From NCBI GenBank assembly GCA_937931205.1, contig CALHBF010000019.1:79550-143549 (forward strand): a stretch of DNA of 64,000 nt, given 5' to 3'. Positions 1 to 10,388 of the stretch are shown piece after piece; the stretch's first letter is position 1; each line of letters begins with the position of its first letter. The notes beneath the pieces are model-generated. The model was not told where the DNA came from. It searched no databases and saw only the letters and a program-made list of their open reading frames with translations. The DNA comes from an uncultured Bacteriovoracaceae bacterium (GTDB lineage: Bacteria; Bdellovibrionota; Bacteriovoracia; Bacteriovoracales; Bacteriovoracaceae). The translations under genes and the position numbers were made by a program.

Positions 1-114
1 TTTTAGTTCCTTAAAATCAACCGAGTTCATTGCTCAACTTTTGAAAGAATGTTTTTGATTTTGCACATCTTTATCGGATTCATTAGAATTAAGATTAAGC
101 CGAAGGAGGACTGG

Positions 115-438
115 ATGACTACCACGGAAGGGGTATGGCTATCAATATCTGACTACTCTCGATATAAAAACGTTTCGATTTCAACAATTCGTCGTCATAT
201 CAAAAGTAAAATACTCAAACATAGAGAGGAAAATGGAAAATATTTCATTTATGTTCCCTCTGTGGAGAGAGTTAAAGTTAAAGAAGAAGAAGAGATTCTA
301 CGCGCACGCTTAGAAATTGAACTTCTTCGAACACAAATTAGACAACTCAAAGAAGAAAACAGCGAATTAAAGATGCTGGTTGAACTGTATGAAGGTCCAC
401 AAAACCTTCCGCCAAGTTTACCTCAAATAAATTTATGA
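115..438 (+). CDS. Small HTH DNA-binding protein with C-terminal coiled coil
   Basis: GGAGGA RBS before ATG at 115 (ORF track start 49 is likely too long). WLSISDYSRYKNVSISTIRRHIK is a MerR/excisionase-like HTH; LRTQIRQLKEENSELK is a heptad repeat. Confidence 0.65.
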   Translation: MTTTEGVWLSISDYSRYKNVSISTIRRHIKSKILKHREENGKYFIYVPSVERVKVKEEEEILRARLEIELLRTQIRQLKEENSELKMLVELYEGPQNLPPSLPQINL

Positions 439-1883
439 AGATTTTAATCATCCTCGTCCTTTCTCTCTTCTCAGTGCAGGCCTTTTCACAGGCTTCCATG
501 AAGCGCTGTACTCTTCTTCCAATGACCGATGAGCTCAATGGTGCAATTGCCAACCCTGTGTTCATTGAAGTTGAAAGAAAGATTAAAGGCAGTCAGATCT
601 GTACTTATGTTTCTAACTCCGATCTTCTTCATATCTTTAGTCGTTATAAGAATAATCTTTCGACTCACTTAAAAACACCCGAGGTTGTTCGTCTTGTTGC
701 TGACAAGCTTGGAGTAGGCTCACTAATTCGTGTAAATATTAAGAATGAAGTGGGTGGTGTTGAACTTGAAATGCAAGTTTATGGTGAAAATGGTTCAGAC
801 ACATATTTTTATGAGATTGAAAGTCTTCCCAATGACAACGTAGATGAAATTTCATTGAAGGTTAGTCGCTGGATAAATGAATACTATAAAAATATGCCTT
901 ATGATGCGCTCGTGTTGGGAGTTATTGGTGATCAGGTAACAGTTGATATGCCTCGTGATCTTCCGGTTAAAGTTGGTCAAGAATTTGTTGTGAAAAAGCT
1001 TCATAATAAAAAGAAACATCCACTTCTTAAAAAGATCGTAGAGTGGGATGCCGAAGTTATTGCTCAAGGAGCAGTTAATTCCATTTCAGAGAATCAATTT
1101 TTAGGTGAAATTCGTCACTACCGAAATAACGGAAGAATTGATGCTGGTGATTGGGTTAAGATGCTTCCGGTGAAAGAGCCAAAGACTCCTGTTGAAAGTG
1201 CCAAGAAAATTGAACCAGGCAAACTTGGTGTTTTCTCAGCTGCTCTAACGATGGATTCTTTAGCAACGAAGAATAAAACTCCTCAAGGCTCAAATAGTCT
1301 CTCTGGCATTCAGGCCGGTGCAGATTTAAATATGGAAGCGTGGATTACCAGAATGTATTTTGCCAAAGTCGCTTATGCACGCTCTGTAGGAAGTGTGGGA
1401 AGAGATTCTGGTAAAGTTGATAGTCGTCTTGGAATGAACTACTCACATCTTAAAGTGATGGGGGGATATAAGTTTCTGCCGATGGGATTCTTCTATGGAC
1501 CTCAGATTAACTTCTATGGTGGTTATGGAAGTTTTACTTATGACGCGGATGATGATTCGGAGCACGGCTATGCCGAGCATCGCTTCTCGGGCTTTATGCT
1601 AGGTGTTTCTGGCAACGTGCCGATCAATAACCAATATAGACTCTATGCTGGTTTTGAAATCATGGCATTGCCAAGTTTTACGGATAGCTCGGATAAGTTT
1701 GAAGATAAAAAATCAGCAAGCTCATTTGAGTTAGAGTTCGGAATGAGATATCAATATACATCGAGAATGAGCTTTGATGCGGGAATGGTTTTTGCTGCAC
1801 GAAAAGCGACATTTGATGATGACTACAAAGAAATCAACTATCGCAATAATAAGCTGAAAGTTGGTGCTTCTTTTACTTTCTAA
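435..1883 (+). CDS. Outer-membrane beta-barrel protein with N-terminal periplasmic (FlgT-like) domains
   Basis: Sec signal peptide (VQA-FSQA); C-terminal half has alternating beta-strands and ends ..GASFTF (terminal Phe). Confidence 0.6.
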   Translation: MKILIILVLSLFSVQAFSQASMKRCTLLPMTDELNGAIANPVFIEVERKIKGSQICTYVSNSDLLHIFSRYKNNLSTHLKTPEVVRLVADKLGVGSLIRVNIKNEVGGVELEMQVYGENGSDTYFYEIESLPNDNVDEISLKVSRWINEYYKNMPYDALVLGVIGDQVTVDMPRDLPVKVGQEFVVKKLHNKKKHPLLKKIVEWDAEVIAQGAVNSISENQFLGEIRHYRNNGRIDAGDWVKMLPVKEPKTPVESAKKIEPGKLGVFSAALTMDSLATKNKTPQGSNSLSGIQAGADLNMEAWITRMYFAKVAYARSVGSVGRDSGKVDSRLGMNYSHLKVMGGYKFLPMGFFYGPQINFYGGYGSFTYDADDDSEHGYAEHRFSGFMLGVSGNVPINNQYRLYAGFEIMALPSFTDSSDKFEDKKSASSFELEFGMRYQYTSRMSFDAGMVFAARKATFDDDYKEINYRNNKLKVGASFTF

Positions 1884-1904
1884 AACGATCTATTGGAATA
1901 AATT

Positions 1905-3791
1905 ATGTCTCAATATTCGGTGAAGGAGCTTGAAAAGCTCCTTCTTTATCATAAAGAACTTTATTATAAGGGTAAGCCTGAAATCAGTGATGAGGCCTAT
2001 GATGCTCTGGAGAGGGATTTAAAAAGATTAGATCCAGAAAATCCTGTCCTAGATGTTATTGGCTCTCTTTTTGAATCAAGCACTGATAAAGTTCCCCATC
2101 AACGTAAAATGCTCTCTCTTGATAAAACCTATGAAGAAAAAGATCTTCTCAAGTGGAGAGGCAAAGAGGATGTCATTTCTGTTTTTAAAATTGATGGATC
2201 AAGCTGTTCATTAATTTATGAAGATGGAAAACTTGTGATGGCCAAGACTCGCGGTGATGGCTCTTTCGGAGAGAATGTAACGGCGAAGGCAATGTTTATT
2301 GAAAGTATTCCTGCCCATGTGGGAAGCGGAAACTTTGAGGTCAGAGGGGAAATCTATTGTACGGAATCAGGCTTTTCACATCTTGCCGAAGAAATGAAAA
2401 GTCGAGGACTAGAAACTCCCAACTCTCAGAGAAATATTGTTGCGGGACTCTTGGGTAGAAAAGAAAATATTCATCTGGCAAAACACCTAAGCTTCAAGGC
2501 CTTTGATTATATTTCTGAAGCTCCGTTTAAATTTGAGCATGAGAAACTAGATAAATTAGAGAAGCTTGGATTCAAAATTCCTGATTACGTTATTCATAAA
2601 ACTGAAGCAAGCATTAAAGAAGTCATTGCAGAAGCTCAGGACTTTATGTCCAAAGGTGACTATCTTATTGATGGACTTGTTTTTGTCTTTGATAAAATTC
2701 TTCTGCATGATGAGTTGGGCGAAACAGCTCATCATCCTCGCTACAAAATTGCTTTTAAGTTTGCCGGTGAAACTAAAAATACCATAATCAATTCGATTGA
2801 ATGGGGCGTTTCACGCAATGGTAGATTAACCCCTGTCGCTCACGTGGAACCAGTGGAACTATCTGGGGCCATGATTTCAAGGGTTACTCTTCATAATTAT
2901 GGGATTGTAAAAAACTTTGATCTGAAAGCGGGAGATGAAATTGAAATCATTCGCTCCGGTGAAGTTATCCCAAAATTTTTGAGTGTGGTAAAAAAAGCAC
3001 AAGGAAGTTTCACTGCTCCTAATTTCTGTCCTAGCTGTGAAAGCAAGCTTGTGACTGAAGATATCTGGCTTAATTGCACAAACCCAGCATGTCCCAGCAA
3101 AATAAAAGAAGAGATTCTTAACTATATTCAGAAAGCGGGAATTGATGACCTCTCTGATAAGAGACTCGATGAAATGATTCGCAAAGGACTGGTTAAGTAT
3201 ATTCCCGATCTTTATAAGTTAAAAATTGAGCAGTTTTTTGAGCTAGATAAGGTAAAAGAAAAACTAGCATCTAAGATGTTTGAGAATATTCAAAAAACAA
3301 AAACTCAAACACTCACTAAGTTTATTACAGCAATTGGAGTAGAGGGCGTTTCAACGACTAAGTGTGAAAAAATTATTAGTGCCGGTTTCTCAACACTTGA
3401 GAAAATGTTGTCGATGACGGCCCTTGATTTACAGCAAGTCGAGGGTTTCGCTGAGAAGTCTTCTAATGATATTGTTAATTCTCTTCAATCAAAAAAACCT
3501 CTTATAGATGATTTACTAAAACTTGGCTTAGAAATTAAATCAGAAGAAATTCATCTGGGAGAAGGTGTTTTAGGTGGAAAGAAAATTTGCATCACCGGTG
3601 AATTAAGTATGCCAAGAAATGATATGGCAAAACTCATTAAAGAAAATGGTGGATTAATTGTTAGTTCAGTATCGAAAAATACTGATTACCTTCTCACAAA
3701 TGAAACAGATAGCACGAGCTCAAAGTTTGTTAAGGCCAAGAGTTTAGGAATAGCTGTAATAACTGAAGAAGAATTCTTAAAACTCATTTAA
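1905..3791 (+). CDS. ligA: NAD-dependent DNA ligase
   Basis: KIDG adenylation motif, TRGDG, EVRGE, CPSC..C..C zinc finger, HhH repeats, C-terminal BRCT (ICITGEL..R, SVSKNTDYL). Confidence 0.97.
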   Translation: MSQYSVKELEKLLLYHKELYYKGKPEISDEAYDALERDLKRLDPENPVLDVIGSLFESSTDKVPHQRKMLSLDKTYEEKDLLKWRGKEDVISVFKIDGSSCSLIYEDGKLVMAKTRGDGSFGENVTAKAMFIESIPAHVGSGNFEVRGEIYCTESGFSHLAEEMKSRGLETPNSQRNIVAGLLGRKENIHLAKHLSFKAFDYISEAPFKFEHEKLDKLEKLGFKIPDYVIHKTEASIKEVIAEAQDFMSKGDYLIDGLVFVFDKILLHDELGETAHHPRYKIAFKFAGETKNTIINSIEWGVSRNGRLTPVAHVEPVELSGAMISRVTLHNYGIVKNFDLKAGDEIEIIRSGEVIPKFLSVVKKAQGSFTAPNFCPSCESKLVTEDIWLNCTNPACPSKIKEEILNYIQKAGIDDLSDKRLDEMIRKGLVKYIPDLYKLKIEQFFELDKVKEKLASKMFENIQKTKTQTLTKFITAIGVEGVSTTKCEKIISAGFSTLEKMLSMTALDLQQVEGFAEKSSNDIVNSLQSKKPLIDDLLKLGLEIKSEEIHLGEGVLGGKKICITGELSMPRNDMAKLIKENGGLIVSSVSKNTDYLLTNETDSTSSKFVKAKSLGIAVITEEEFLKLI

Positions 3792-3799
3792 AGGTATTT

Positions 3800-5182
3800 A
3801 TGGCCAAGGCAAAATCGGTTTTTACATGTCAGGATTGCGGATATCAAACTGCAAAATGGATGGGTAAGTGCCCTGAGTGCGGCCAGTGGAATAGTTTTAG
3901 TGAAGAAGCTCTCATCAAAGAATCCAAGGCGCAGGCCAAGTCCATTACCGGACGAATTTCAAAGCCTAAGACGATTAATGAAATTGAAGAAGAAACTTTT
4001 GAGCGTTACCAGACAGGAATCAGTGAATTTGATCGAGTCATGGGGGGCGGAGTAACGAAAGGTTCGTTAACTCTTATTGGAGGAGAGCCTGGTATTGGTA
4101 AGTCGACACTACTGATGGAAGTCTGTGGAAAACTTGTTAATAATAATCCTGGTGAAAAAATCCTTTATGTTTCCGGAGAGGAATCTGAATCACAGGTTGC
4201 CAACAGATCAAAACGCCTTGGTGTGAACAACTCGAACTTTTATATTTTTAATGAAACCAATTGGGAAAAAATCTTAGAGCAAGTTAAATTGCTTAATCCT
4301 AAATTCCTAGTTGTTGACTCCATTCAGACAACTCACTCCAGCCAAGTTGAGTCGGCCGCGGGAACTTTAAGTCAGATTCGTGAAGTGACCTATGAGTTAA
4401 TGAACTATGCTAAGGCCTATGGGCTAACTTGTTTTATCATTGGTCATGTGACTAAAGAAGGTCAGATTGCTGGACCTAAGATTTTAGAACATATGGTTGA
4501 TACCGTTGTTTATTTTGAGGGTGACCAGCTAGGTCAGTACCGATTACTGCGTGTGATGAAGAACAGATTTGGAAATACTAACGAAGTTGGCATTTTCGAA
4601 ATGCAGGAAACAGGTCTGGTTGAAATTAAAAATCCTTCTCAGTATTTCTTAGAACAATCCATTCCTGGTTCATTTGGGAAATCTCTAACTTGTGTATTAG
4701 AAGGCACTCGCTCTCTCTTTGTAGAAATTCAAGCACTGGTTGTTGAAAATAAATTTGCTGTGGGCAGAAGAACAACGCAAGGTCTGGACTCCAACAGAGT
4801 TGCTTTGTTGGTGGCAGTAATTGATAAGTATTTCGGCATTCCTCTTTCTTACAATGATATTTACGTCAATGTCGTGGGTGGCATGAAGTTAACGACGCGT
4901 GAAAGTGATCTTTCCATCATGGCTTCACTTCTTAGTTCTTATTACGCTCAAGCTTTGGATGAGAGAACTGTTTTCTTGGGGGAAGTTGGTCTCACTGGTG
5001 AGGTTCGTTCAATTCCGATGATGGAGATCAGGCTCAAAGAAATTGCTCAGATGAATTATAAAAGAGTCATTACTTCCAAGCGCGCGGCCAGTGATTTTAA
5101 AGATAAATTTAAGCTCGAAATCCTAGGGGTGACCAAGGCTAGCGAGCTTAAAAATTTATTGTTTAAGACAGATAAAGCTTAG
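3800..5182 (+). CDS. radA: DNA repair protein RadA/Sms
   Basis: C4 zinc finger CQDCG..KCPEC, Walker A GEPGIGKS, KNRFG motif, Lon-like C-terminal domain. Confidence 0.97.
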   Translation: MAKAKSVFTCQDCGYQTAKWMGKCPECGQWNSFSEEALIKESKAQAKSITGRISKPKTINEIEEETFERYQTGISEFDRVMGGGVTKGSLTLIGGEPGIGKSTLLMEVCGKLVNNNPGEKILYVSGEESESQVANRSKRLGVNNSNFYIFNETNWEKILEQVKLLNPKFLVVDSIQTTHSSQVESAAGTLSQIREVTYELMNYAKAYGLTCFIIGHVTKEGQIAGPKILEHMVDTVVYFEGDQLGQYRLLRVMKNRFGNTNEVGIFEMQETGLVEIKNPSQYFLEQSIPGSFGKSLTCVLEGTRSLFVEIQALVVENKFAVGRRTTQGLDSNRVALLVAVIDKYFGIPLSYNDIYVNVVGGMKLTTRESDLSIMASLLSSYYAQALDERTVFLGEVGLTGEVRSIPMMEIRLKEIAQMNYKRVITSKRAASDFKDKFKLEILGVTKASELKNLLFKTDKA

Positions 5183-6644
5183 CGATAGTATTGTCCCAAA
5201 GTTTTTTCTTCTCAGGATAATAAGAGTTTTTTTCTGGGTTGAACTCTTTTTCTAGCTTCCAGAATTTTGGCATTTCTTCGATGGTAATTTTTCCTAATGC
5301 TACCAAACAGCCCATGGCCACTCCATAAGCAGTGGTATCAATAACTTTCGGTCGAAGTATTTTTTGATCAGAGAAGTTTGCCTGCATTTGCATAAGAAGA
5401 TCATTGGCAGCGGCACCGCCATCAACTTTGATGGCATTTAGATTGGGAAAGTCTTTTTTAAAGCTTGAAACAGAGTCGTTGAGTGATAAGGCAATTCCTT
5501 CAAGACAAGCACGAGCAATGTGAGAATTATCTGTTCCACGGGTAATTCCAATGATGGCCGCTTTGGCATCACTATTCCAATAAGGAGTTCCGATTCCTGT
5601 GAAGAATGGCATAAAAAGCAGAGGCTTCATCTGATCAAGGTCACTTGCTTTATTTGCAAGAGTCTCAACTTCGGGGCTGGTGATAATTGATTTTAAGTTA
5701 TCACGAAGCCACTGTACCGCCGCACCCGCAATATAAGCACTTCCTTCTAGAGCAAAAATAGTTTTTCCCTGATGAGTGTAGGCAATCGTTGAAAGAAGAC
5801 CAGTTTTAGAGCGAATAAGCTCCGTACCAGTGTTAAGAACAAGGAAAGCACCTGTTCCATAAGTAGATTTTAAATCACCGACATTAATGCAGGCCTGTCC
5901 AAAAAGGGCCGCTTGCTGATCACCTAAGATCGACAGAATGGGAATTCCATCAGGAAGAAAATGAACATTCTTCGTCTTTCCAAATTCGGTGAATGAGTCT
6001 TTTACCTCTGGAAGAAAATCTTTTGAGATACCAAAAAAAGAAAGAAGGCCAGTATCCCATTTCTGAGTAGCAAGATTCATCAGCATGGTGCGAGAAGCAT
6101 TGGAAGGCTCAGTAACGAATGAAGCTCCATTGGTAAGTTTATGTACAAGGAAAGTATCAATAGTTGAAAGACAAAGATCATTTTTATCAGCAGCATCTTT
6201 GACTGCTTCTACATGATCCAACATCCAGCGCATTTTTGTCCCAGAAAAATACGGATCTAAGGGAAGTCCTGTTTTTTCACGACAGTGCTTTTCATAATCA
6301 GCACGTCGCTCGTCACAATAAGCCGCTGTTCTTCTATCTTGCCAAACGATAGCGTGAGTCAGAGGTTTGCCGCTTTTCGTATAAGCACAAGTCGTCTCAC
6401 GCTGATTGGTGATACCGATGGCAATAATCTGTTTAGGATTAACTTTCGCTTCATGAAAAAGTTTATCAAGCGAGTCTTCTACACTTTTCCAAATATCATT
6501 GAGATCGTGCTCAACTAAACCAGGCTTAGGGTAAATCTGGCGGTAGTCCTGTTTATTCTTGGCCTTGATTTCTAAAGTTTTAGCATCCAAAAGAAGCGAA
6601 GTGGTCCCTGTGGTCCCTTGGTCAATGGCAATGAGGTAGCTCAT
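5163..6644 (-). CDS. glpK: Glycerol kinase
   Basis: IDQGTTGT, GITNQRET, VWQDRRT, DPYFSGTK, GDQQAALFG, TYGTGAF, VDGGA. Confidence 0.95.
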   Translation of the reverse strand: MSYLIAIDQGTTGTTSLLLDAKTLEIKAKNKQDYRQIYPKPGLVEHDLNDIWKSVEDSLDKLFHEAKVNPKQIIAIGITNQRETTCAYTKSGKPLTHAIVWQDRRTAAYCDERRADYEKHCREKTGLPLDPYFSGTKMRWMLDHVEAVKDAADKNDLCLSTIDTFLVHKLTNGASFVTEPSNASRTMLMNLATQKWDTGLLSFFGISKDFLPEVKDSFTEFGKTKNVHFLPDGIPILSILGDQQAALFGQACINVGDLKSTYGTGAFLVLNTGTELIRSKTGLLSTIAYTHQGKTIFALEGSAYIAGAAVQWLRDNLKSIITSPEVETLANKASDLDQMKPLLFMPFFTGIGTPYWNSDAKAAIIGITRGTDNSHIARACLEGIALSLNDSVSSFKKDFPNLNAIKVDGGAAANDLLMQMQANFSDQKILRPKVIDTTAYGVAMGCLVALGKITIEEMPKFWKLEKEFNPEKNSYYPEKKKLWDNTIAKLYLS

Positions 6645-6656
6645 GATCAAATATCC

Positions 6657-6869
6657 TTATTCGAGTTTAACTGTCTTTTCACCGGGTTTATCATTAATGA
6701 TGAGATTGGCCGAATACTCCCAATACTTGGCGAGATTGCGGTTCATAAAATAAACAAAGCCATAGGTAATTAGCGTCAAAACGGCCAACAAGAGTACAAA
6801 CTCAATAATTGCCTGACCTTTCTGCTTCTTCTTGCCCAATAACTGGACAAACTTTACCCTGAACTTCAT
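6657..6869 (-). CDS. TadE/Flp-like pilin with class III (prepilin) signal
   Basis: Basic leader KKKQKG followed by QAIIEF and a hydrophobic helix. Confidence 0.7.
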   Translation of the reverse strand: MKFRVKFVQLLGKKKQKGQAIIEFVLLLAVLTLITYGFVYFMNRNLAKYWEYSANLIINDKPGEKTVKLE

Positions 6870-6902
6870 ATATCCTTATTTTTAAGCTATGATAGGGGCA
6901 CT

Positions 6903-7451
6903 ATGAAAAAGATCCTTCCTATCATTATTTTTATTATGGCCTTCTTTGGATTTCTTTCCAGCCAAATAATATGGGACACCTTTAATCTTAATGCGGAAAT
7001 GGTGAAAGAGGATAAGCAAAAATATACCCTTTATGAGGGGCAGTTTCAGGCACTTAAAATCACGTCATTAGAAAAAGAAACAATTGAACTCAAGAATATG
7101 GAAGCTCCCATTGTGGTGCTCAACTTCTGGGCATCTTGGTGTCGCCCTTGTCTGGAGGAGTTTCCAAGTCTAGTTGAGTTTCAAGAAAAGTATAAGGGCA
7201 AAGTGGCCGTTATTGGTGTTAACGGGGATGAAGAAAATGCTCTGGAGAATGCGCTTAAAGCTCAGAAAAAGTATAAACTTAATTTCCCATCAACTCTTGA
7301 TGCTCAAGGAAAAATTGGTGAGAAGTTTTTAATCAATACTTATCCCGTTTCTATTGTTTTCCATAAAGGCAAAGTTGTTTATGTTTCAAAAAAACTTCAC
7401 AACTTTATGGATGATGATTTTCTAAAATTAATTGAAACACAACTTAAGTAA
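6903..7451 (+). CDS. TlpA/ResA-family thiol-disulfide oxidoreductase
   Basis: N-terminal TM anchor; VLNFWASWCRPC..EFP motif. Confidence 0.9.
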   Translation: MKKILPIIIFIMAFFGFLSSQIIWDTFNLNAEMVKEDKQKYTLYEGQFQALKITSLEKETIELKNMEAPIVVLNFWASWCRPCLEEFPSLVEFQEKYKGKVAVIGVNGDEENALENALKAQKKYKLNFPSTLDAQGKIGEKFLINTYPVSIVFHKGKVVYVSKKLHNFMDDDFLKLIETQLK

Positions 7452-8655
7452 GTTTCACGCTGAAATTGTGTCCCCAGTGATAACTAATGTGGGATAAGCT
7501 TTCTGCTTTAAATATAGAGAAGCGCGAGCTCATACCAACTACTAAAGCACCTTGATTTTTAAGACCTAAGGCATGAGCAGCATTAAGAGTAATCCCACAC
7601 CATGTTTGCGCAATATTCATTTTAAACTGTGCTGCCGAGATCGATGCTACTAAAAGAACATTATCACAATGACAACTTCCCGGGTTGTAGTCAGAAGCAA
7701 TAGCTACCTTCACACCTGCATCAAGAAGCTTTTTAGCAGGGGCAAGAGGTTTACCTAAAAAGAAAGCAGTTCCGGGTAGCAGTGTTGCCACGGTTTGAGA
7801 ATTTTTGAGAACTTCAATTCCTGCATCTGAAATTTTGAGGAGATGATCACAACTTAAAGAGCCAAGTTTAGCTCCTAGAGTGGCACCATTGTTATCATTT
7901 AGTTCATCAGCATGCATTTTACCGGGAATGCCCAGGCGCTTGGCCGTCTCAAAAAGAAGTGTGGTATCAGCATAATCAAAATAATTCTTTTCGTGAAAGA
8001 TATCGACGGCATCAATGATCTTAAGAGGAGCAAGTTTCTCTAGAAGTGGGATAACTACTTCTTTCATATACTCATGCGAACTTTTAAAAGTCTTAGGAAC
8101 ATCATGAGCGGCCATATAGGTATTGAGAATTTTAACATGAGGTGCAAATTCTTTTTTTAGACGATCAATAATCAGAGATAGTTCGTACTCTTTTTCAAAG
8201 TTGAGTCCATAGCCTGATTTGACTTCAATAGTGCCGACTCCATAAGAGGCGATGGTCTGAATGCGTTTTTTGGCCGTCTGGTAGAGTTCATCACTTGAAG
8301 CGGCGTTGGTTTGATTCATAGTGAGAAGAATACCTCCACCACGACGAGCGATATCTTCATACGATACACCATTTAGGCGTTCAACATATTCATTCGCGCG
8401 ATCTCCGCCAAAAATTGCATGTGTATGTGAGTCGACAACCTCAGGTGTGAGCACATGTCCTGCTAAAGAGATTGCTTTTGCTTGATACTGCTCAGGAAGG
8501 TGTTTGGTTTCACCAACCCAAAGAATTTTATGTTCATCAAAAACGATGGCACCATCCTTAATGATCGAGAGATCATCGGGATTGAGATTTCTCCCATCTT
8601 TGGCGTGTGCGCTTGAAAGAGTGACTAGTTCATTGATGTTTTTAAAAATCTTCAT
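7444..8655 (-). CDS. hutI: Imidazolonepropionase
   Basis: DSHTH, GGGIL, EVKSGYGL, HADEL, ASDYNPGS. Confidence 0.95.
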   Translation of the reverse strand: MKIFKNINELVTLSSAHAKDGRNLNPDDLSIIKDGAIVFDEHKILWVGETKHLPEQYQAKAISLAGHVLTPEVVDSHTHAIFGGDRANEYVERLNGVSYEDIARRGGGILLTMNQTNAASSDELYQTAKKRIQTIASYGVGTIEVKSGYGLNFEKEYELSLIIDRLKKEFAPHVKILNTYMAAHDVPKTFKSSHEYMKEVVIPLLEKLAPLKIIDAVDIFHEKNYFDYADTTLLFETAKRLGIPGKMHADELNDNNGATLGAKLGSLSCDHLLKISDAGIEVLKNSQTVATLLPGTAFFLGKPLAPAKKLLDAGVKVAIASDYNPGSCHCDNVLLVASISAAQFKMNIAQTWCGITLNAAHALGLKNQGALVVGMSSRFSIFKAESLSHISYHWGHNFSVKLT

Positions 8656-8682
8656 GTCATACCATTGGGGTTAATCAGTTAT

Positions 8683-8713
8683 AAAAAAGCAAGGCCCACT
8701 TAAGTGGGCCTTG
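8683..8713 (-). terminator. Rho-independent terminator between hutU and hutI
   Basis: Palindrome CAAGGCCCACTTAAGTGGGCCTTG followed on the minus strand by CTTTTTT. Confidence 0.75.
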
Positions 8714-8720
8714 GCATGTT

Positions 8721-10379
8721 TTAAAGAGAAGGAAACTTAATTTTAGTCGTTGGCTTCTTAGCGATATCAAGAGCGATATCATAACCAGCATCTGCGTGTC
8801 TTACAATTCCCATACCAGAATCAGAGTTCAGAACGCGAGAAAGACGTACATCCATTTCAGGAGTACCGTCACAAAGAATGACCATTCCTGAGTGCTGAGA
8901 GTAACCCATACCAACACCACCACCGTGGTGAAGAGAAATCCAGCTCGCACCATTGTTGATGTTAATCATGGCATTAAGTAGCGGCCAATCTGAAACAGCG
9001 TCACTGCCATCTTTCATCGATTCAGTTTCTCTGTTAGGACTTGCCACCGATCCACAGTCAAGGTGGTCACGGCCAATGATGATCGGAGCTTTTACTTTTC
9101 CTTCACGAACAAGTTTGTTGAAAAGAAGAGCTGCTTTTTCACGGTCCCCATATTTTAACCAACAAATACGTGATGGAAGACCTTGGAACTTAATCATTTT
9201 CTGAGCTTTGTTAAGCCAGTTAATCATTGATTTATTCTCTGGGAATAATTCTTTAAGAGCTTCATCAGTTACACGAATATCTTCAGGATCCCCTGAAAGA
9301 GCAACCCAACGGAATGGGCCTGAGCCTTCGCAGAAAAGAGGGCGAATATAGGCCGGAACAAATCCAGGGAAATCAAAAGCGTTCTTCACTCCTACTGACT
9401 CTGCTCCAGCACGAAGGTTGTTACCGTAATCAAATACGAATGAACCCTTCTTTTGGAAAGCAAGCATGGCCTCAACATGACGACCCATAGTCTCATATGA
9501 GAGTTTTGTGTATTTCGCAGGATCAGAACTACGAAGTGCTACAGCAGCTTCTAGAGTCATACCATCTGGTACATAACCATTAAGAGGGTCATGTGCTGAA
9601 GTCTGATCTGTTACGAGATCTGGAACAATGCCTTTATCTAAAACGTATTTGAAGAATTCTGAAGCGTTTCCAACCACACCGATTGAAGTTGCAACACTAT
9701 CTTTTTTCGCTTTAAGGGCAAGTTCAATGGCCTCATCAAAGTTTGAAGCGAGTACATCAAGATATTTTGTATCAAGACGTTTTTGAATTCTTGAAGGATC
9801 AACGTCACAGCAAAGACAAACACCATCTGCCATTTTCACAGCTAGTGGTTGAGCTCCACCCATTCCGCCAATTCCACCGGTAAGAACAAGTCGACCTTTG
9901 AGGTTATCTTGGTTCCAGTGCTTTTTACCTGCACTCATGAATGTTTCATAAGTTCCTTGGATGATTCCTTGTGAACCAATATAAATCCAAGAACCGGCAG
10001 TCATCTGACCATACATCATCAGACCTTCAGCATTTAATTTATTGAAGTGATCCCATGTTGCCCATTTAGGAACAAGATTTGAGTTCGCAAGAAGTACTCT
10101 TGGACCTTGAGGGTTAGAAGGGAAAACGGCTACGGGTTTTCCTGACTGAACAATTAGTGTTTCGTCATTCTCAAGATTTTGAAGTGTGCGAATAAGATCA
10201 TCTAGTGCTTTGTGGTTTCTTGCTGCTTGACCGTTACCACCATAGACAATTAAGTTGTCACGATCTTCAGCTACTTCAGGGTGAAGGTTATTAAGAAGAC
10301 ATCTAAGAGCGGCTTCTTGGTGCCAGCCCTTGCATGTAAGTTTGTTACCAGTAGGAGGTAGAGGGATTTGTTTTTTCAT
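8721..10379 (-). CDS. hutU: Urocanate hydratase
   Basis: [48 protein letters not shown]. Confidence 0.98.
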   Translation of the reverse strand: MKKQIPLPPTGNKLTCKGWHQEAALRCLLNNLHPEVAEDRDNLIVYGGNGQAARNHKALDDLIRTLQNLENDETLIVQSGKPVAVFPSNPQGPRVLLANSNLVPKWATWDHFNKLNAEGLMMYGQMTAGSWIYIGSQGIIQGTYETFMSAGKKHWNQDNLKGRLVLTGGIGGMGGAQPLAVKMADGVCLCCDVDPSRIQKRLDTKYLDVLASNFDEAIELALKAKKDSVATSIGVVGNASEFFKYVLDKGIVPDLVTDQTSAHDPLNGYVPDGMTLEAAVALRSSDPAKYTKLSYETMGRHVEAMLAFQKKGSFVFDYGNNLRAGAESVGVKNAFDFPGFVPAYIRPLFCEGSGPFRWVALSGDPEDIRVTDEALKELFPENKSMINWLNKAQKMIKFQGLPSRICWLKYGDREKAALLFNKLVREGKVKAPIIIGRDHLDCGSVASPNRETESMKDGSDAVSDWPLLNAMININNGASWISLHHGGGVGMGYSQHSGMVILCDGTPEMDVRLSRVLNSDSGMGIVRHADAGYDIALDIAKKPTTKIKFPSL

Positions 10380-10388
10380 CTTTAATCC

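Noticed and set aside
5163-5182. 20-bp convergent overlap of radA and glpK
   Set aside because: Short tail-to-tail overlaps recur in this compact window (7444, 22830, 43430, 59254) and are not informative.
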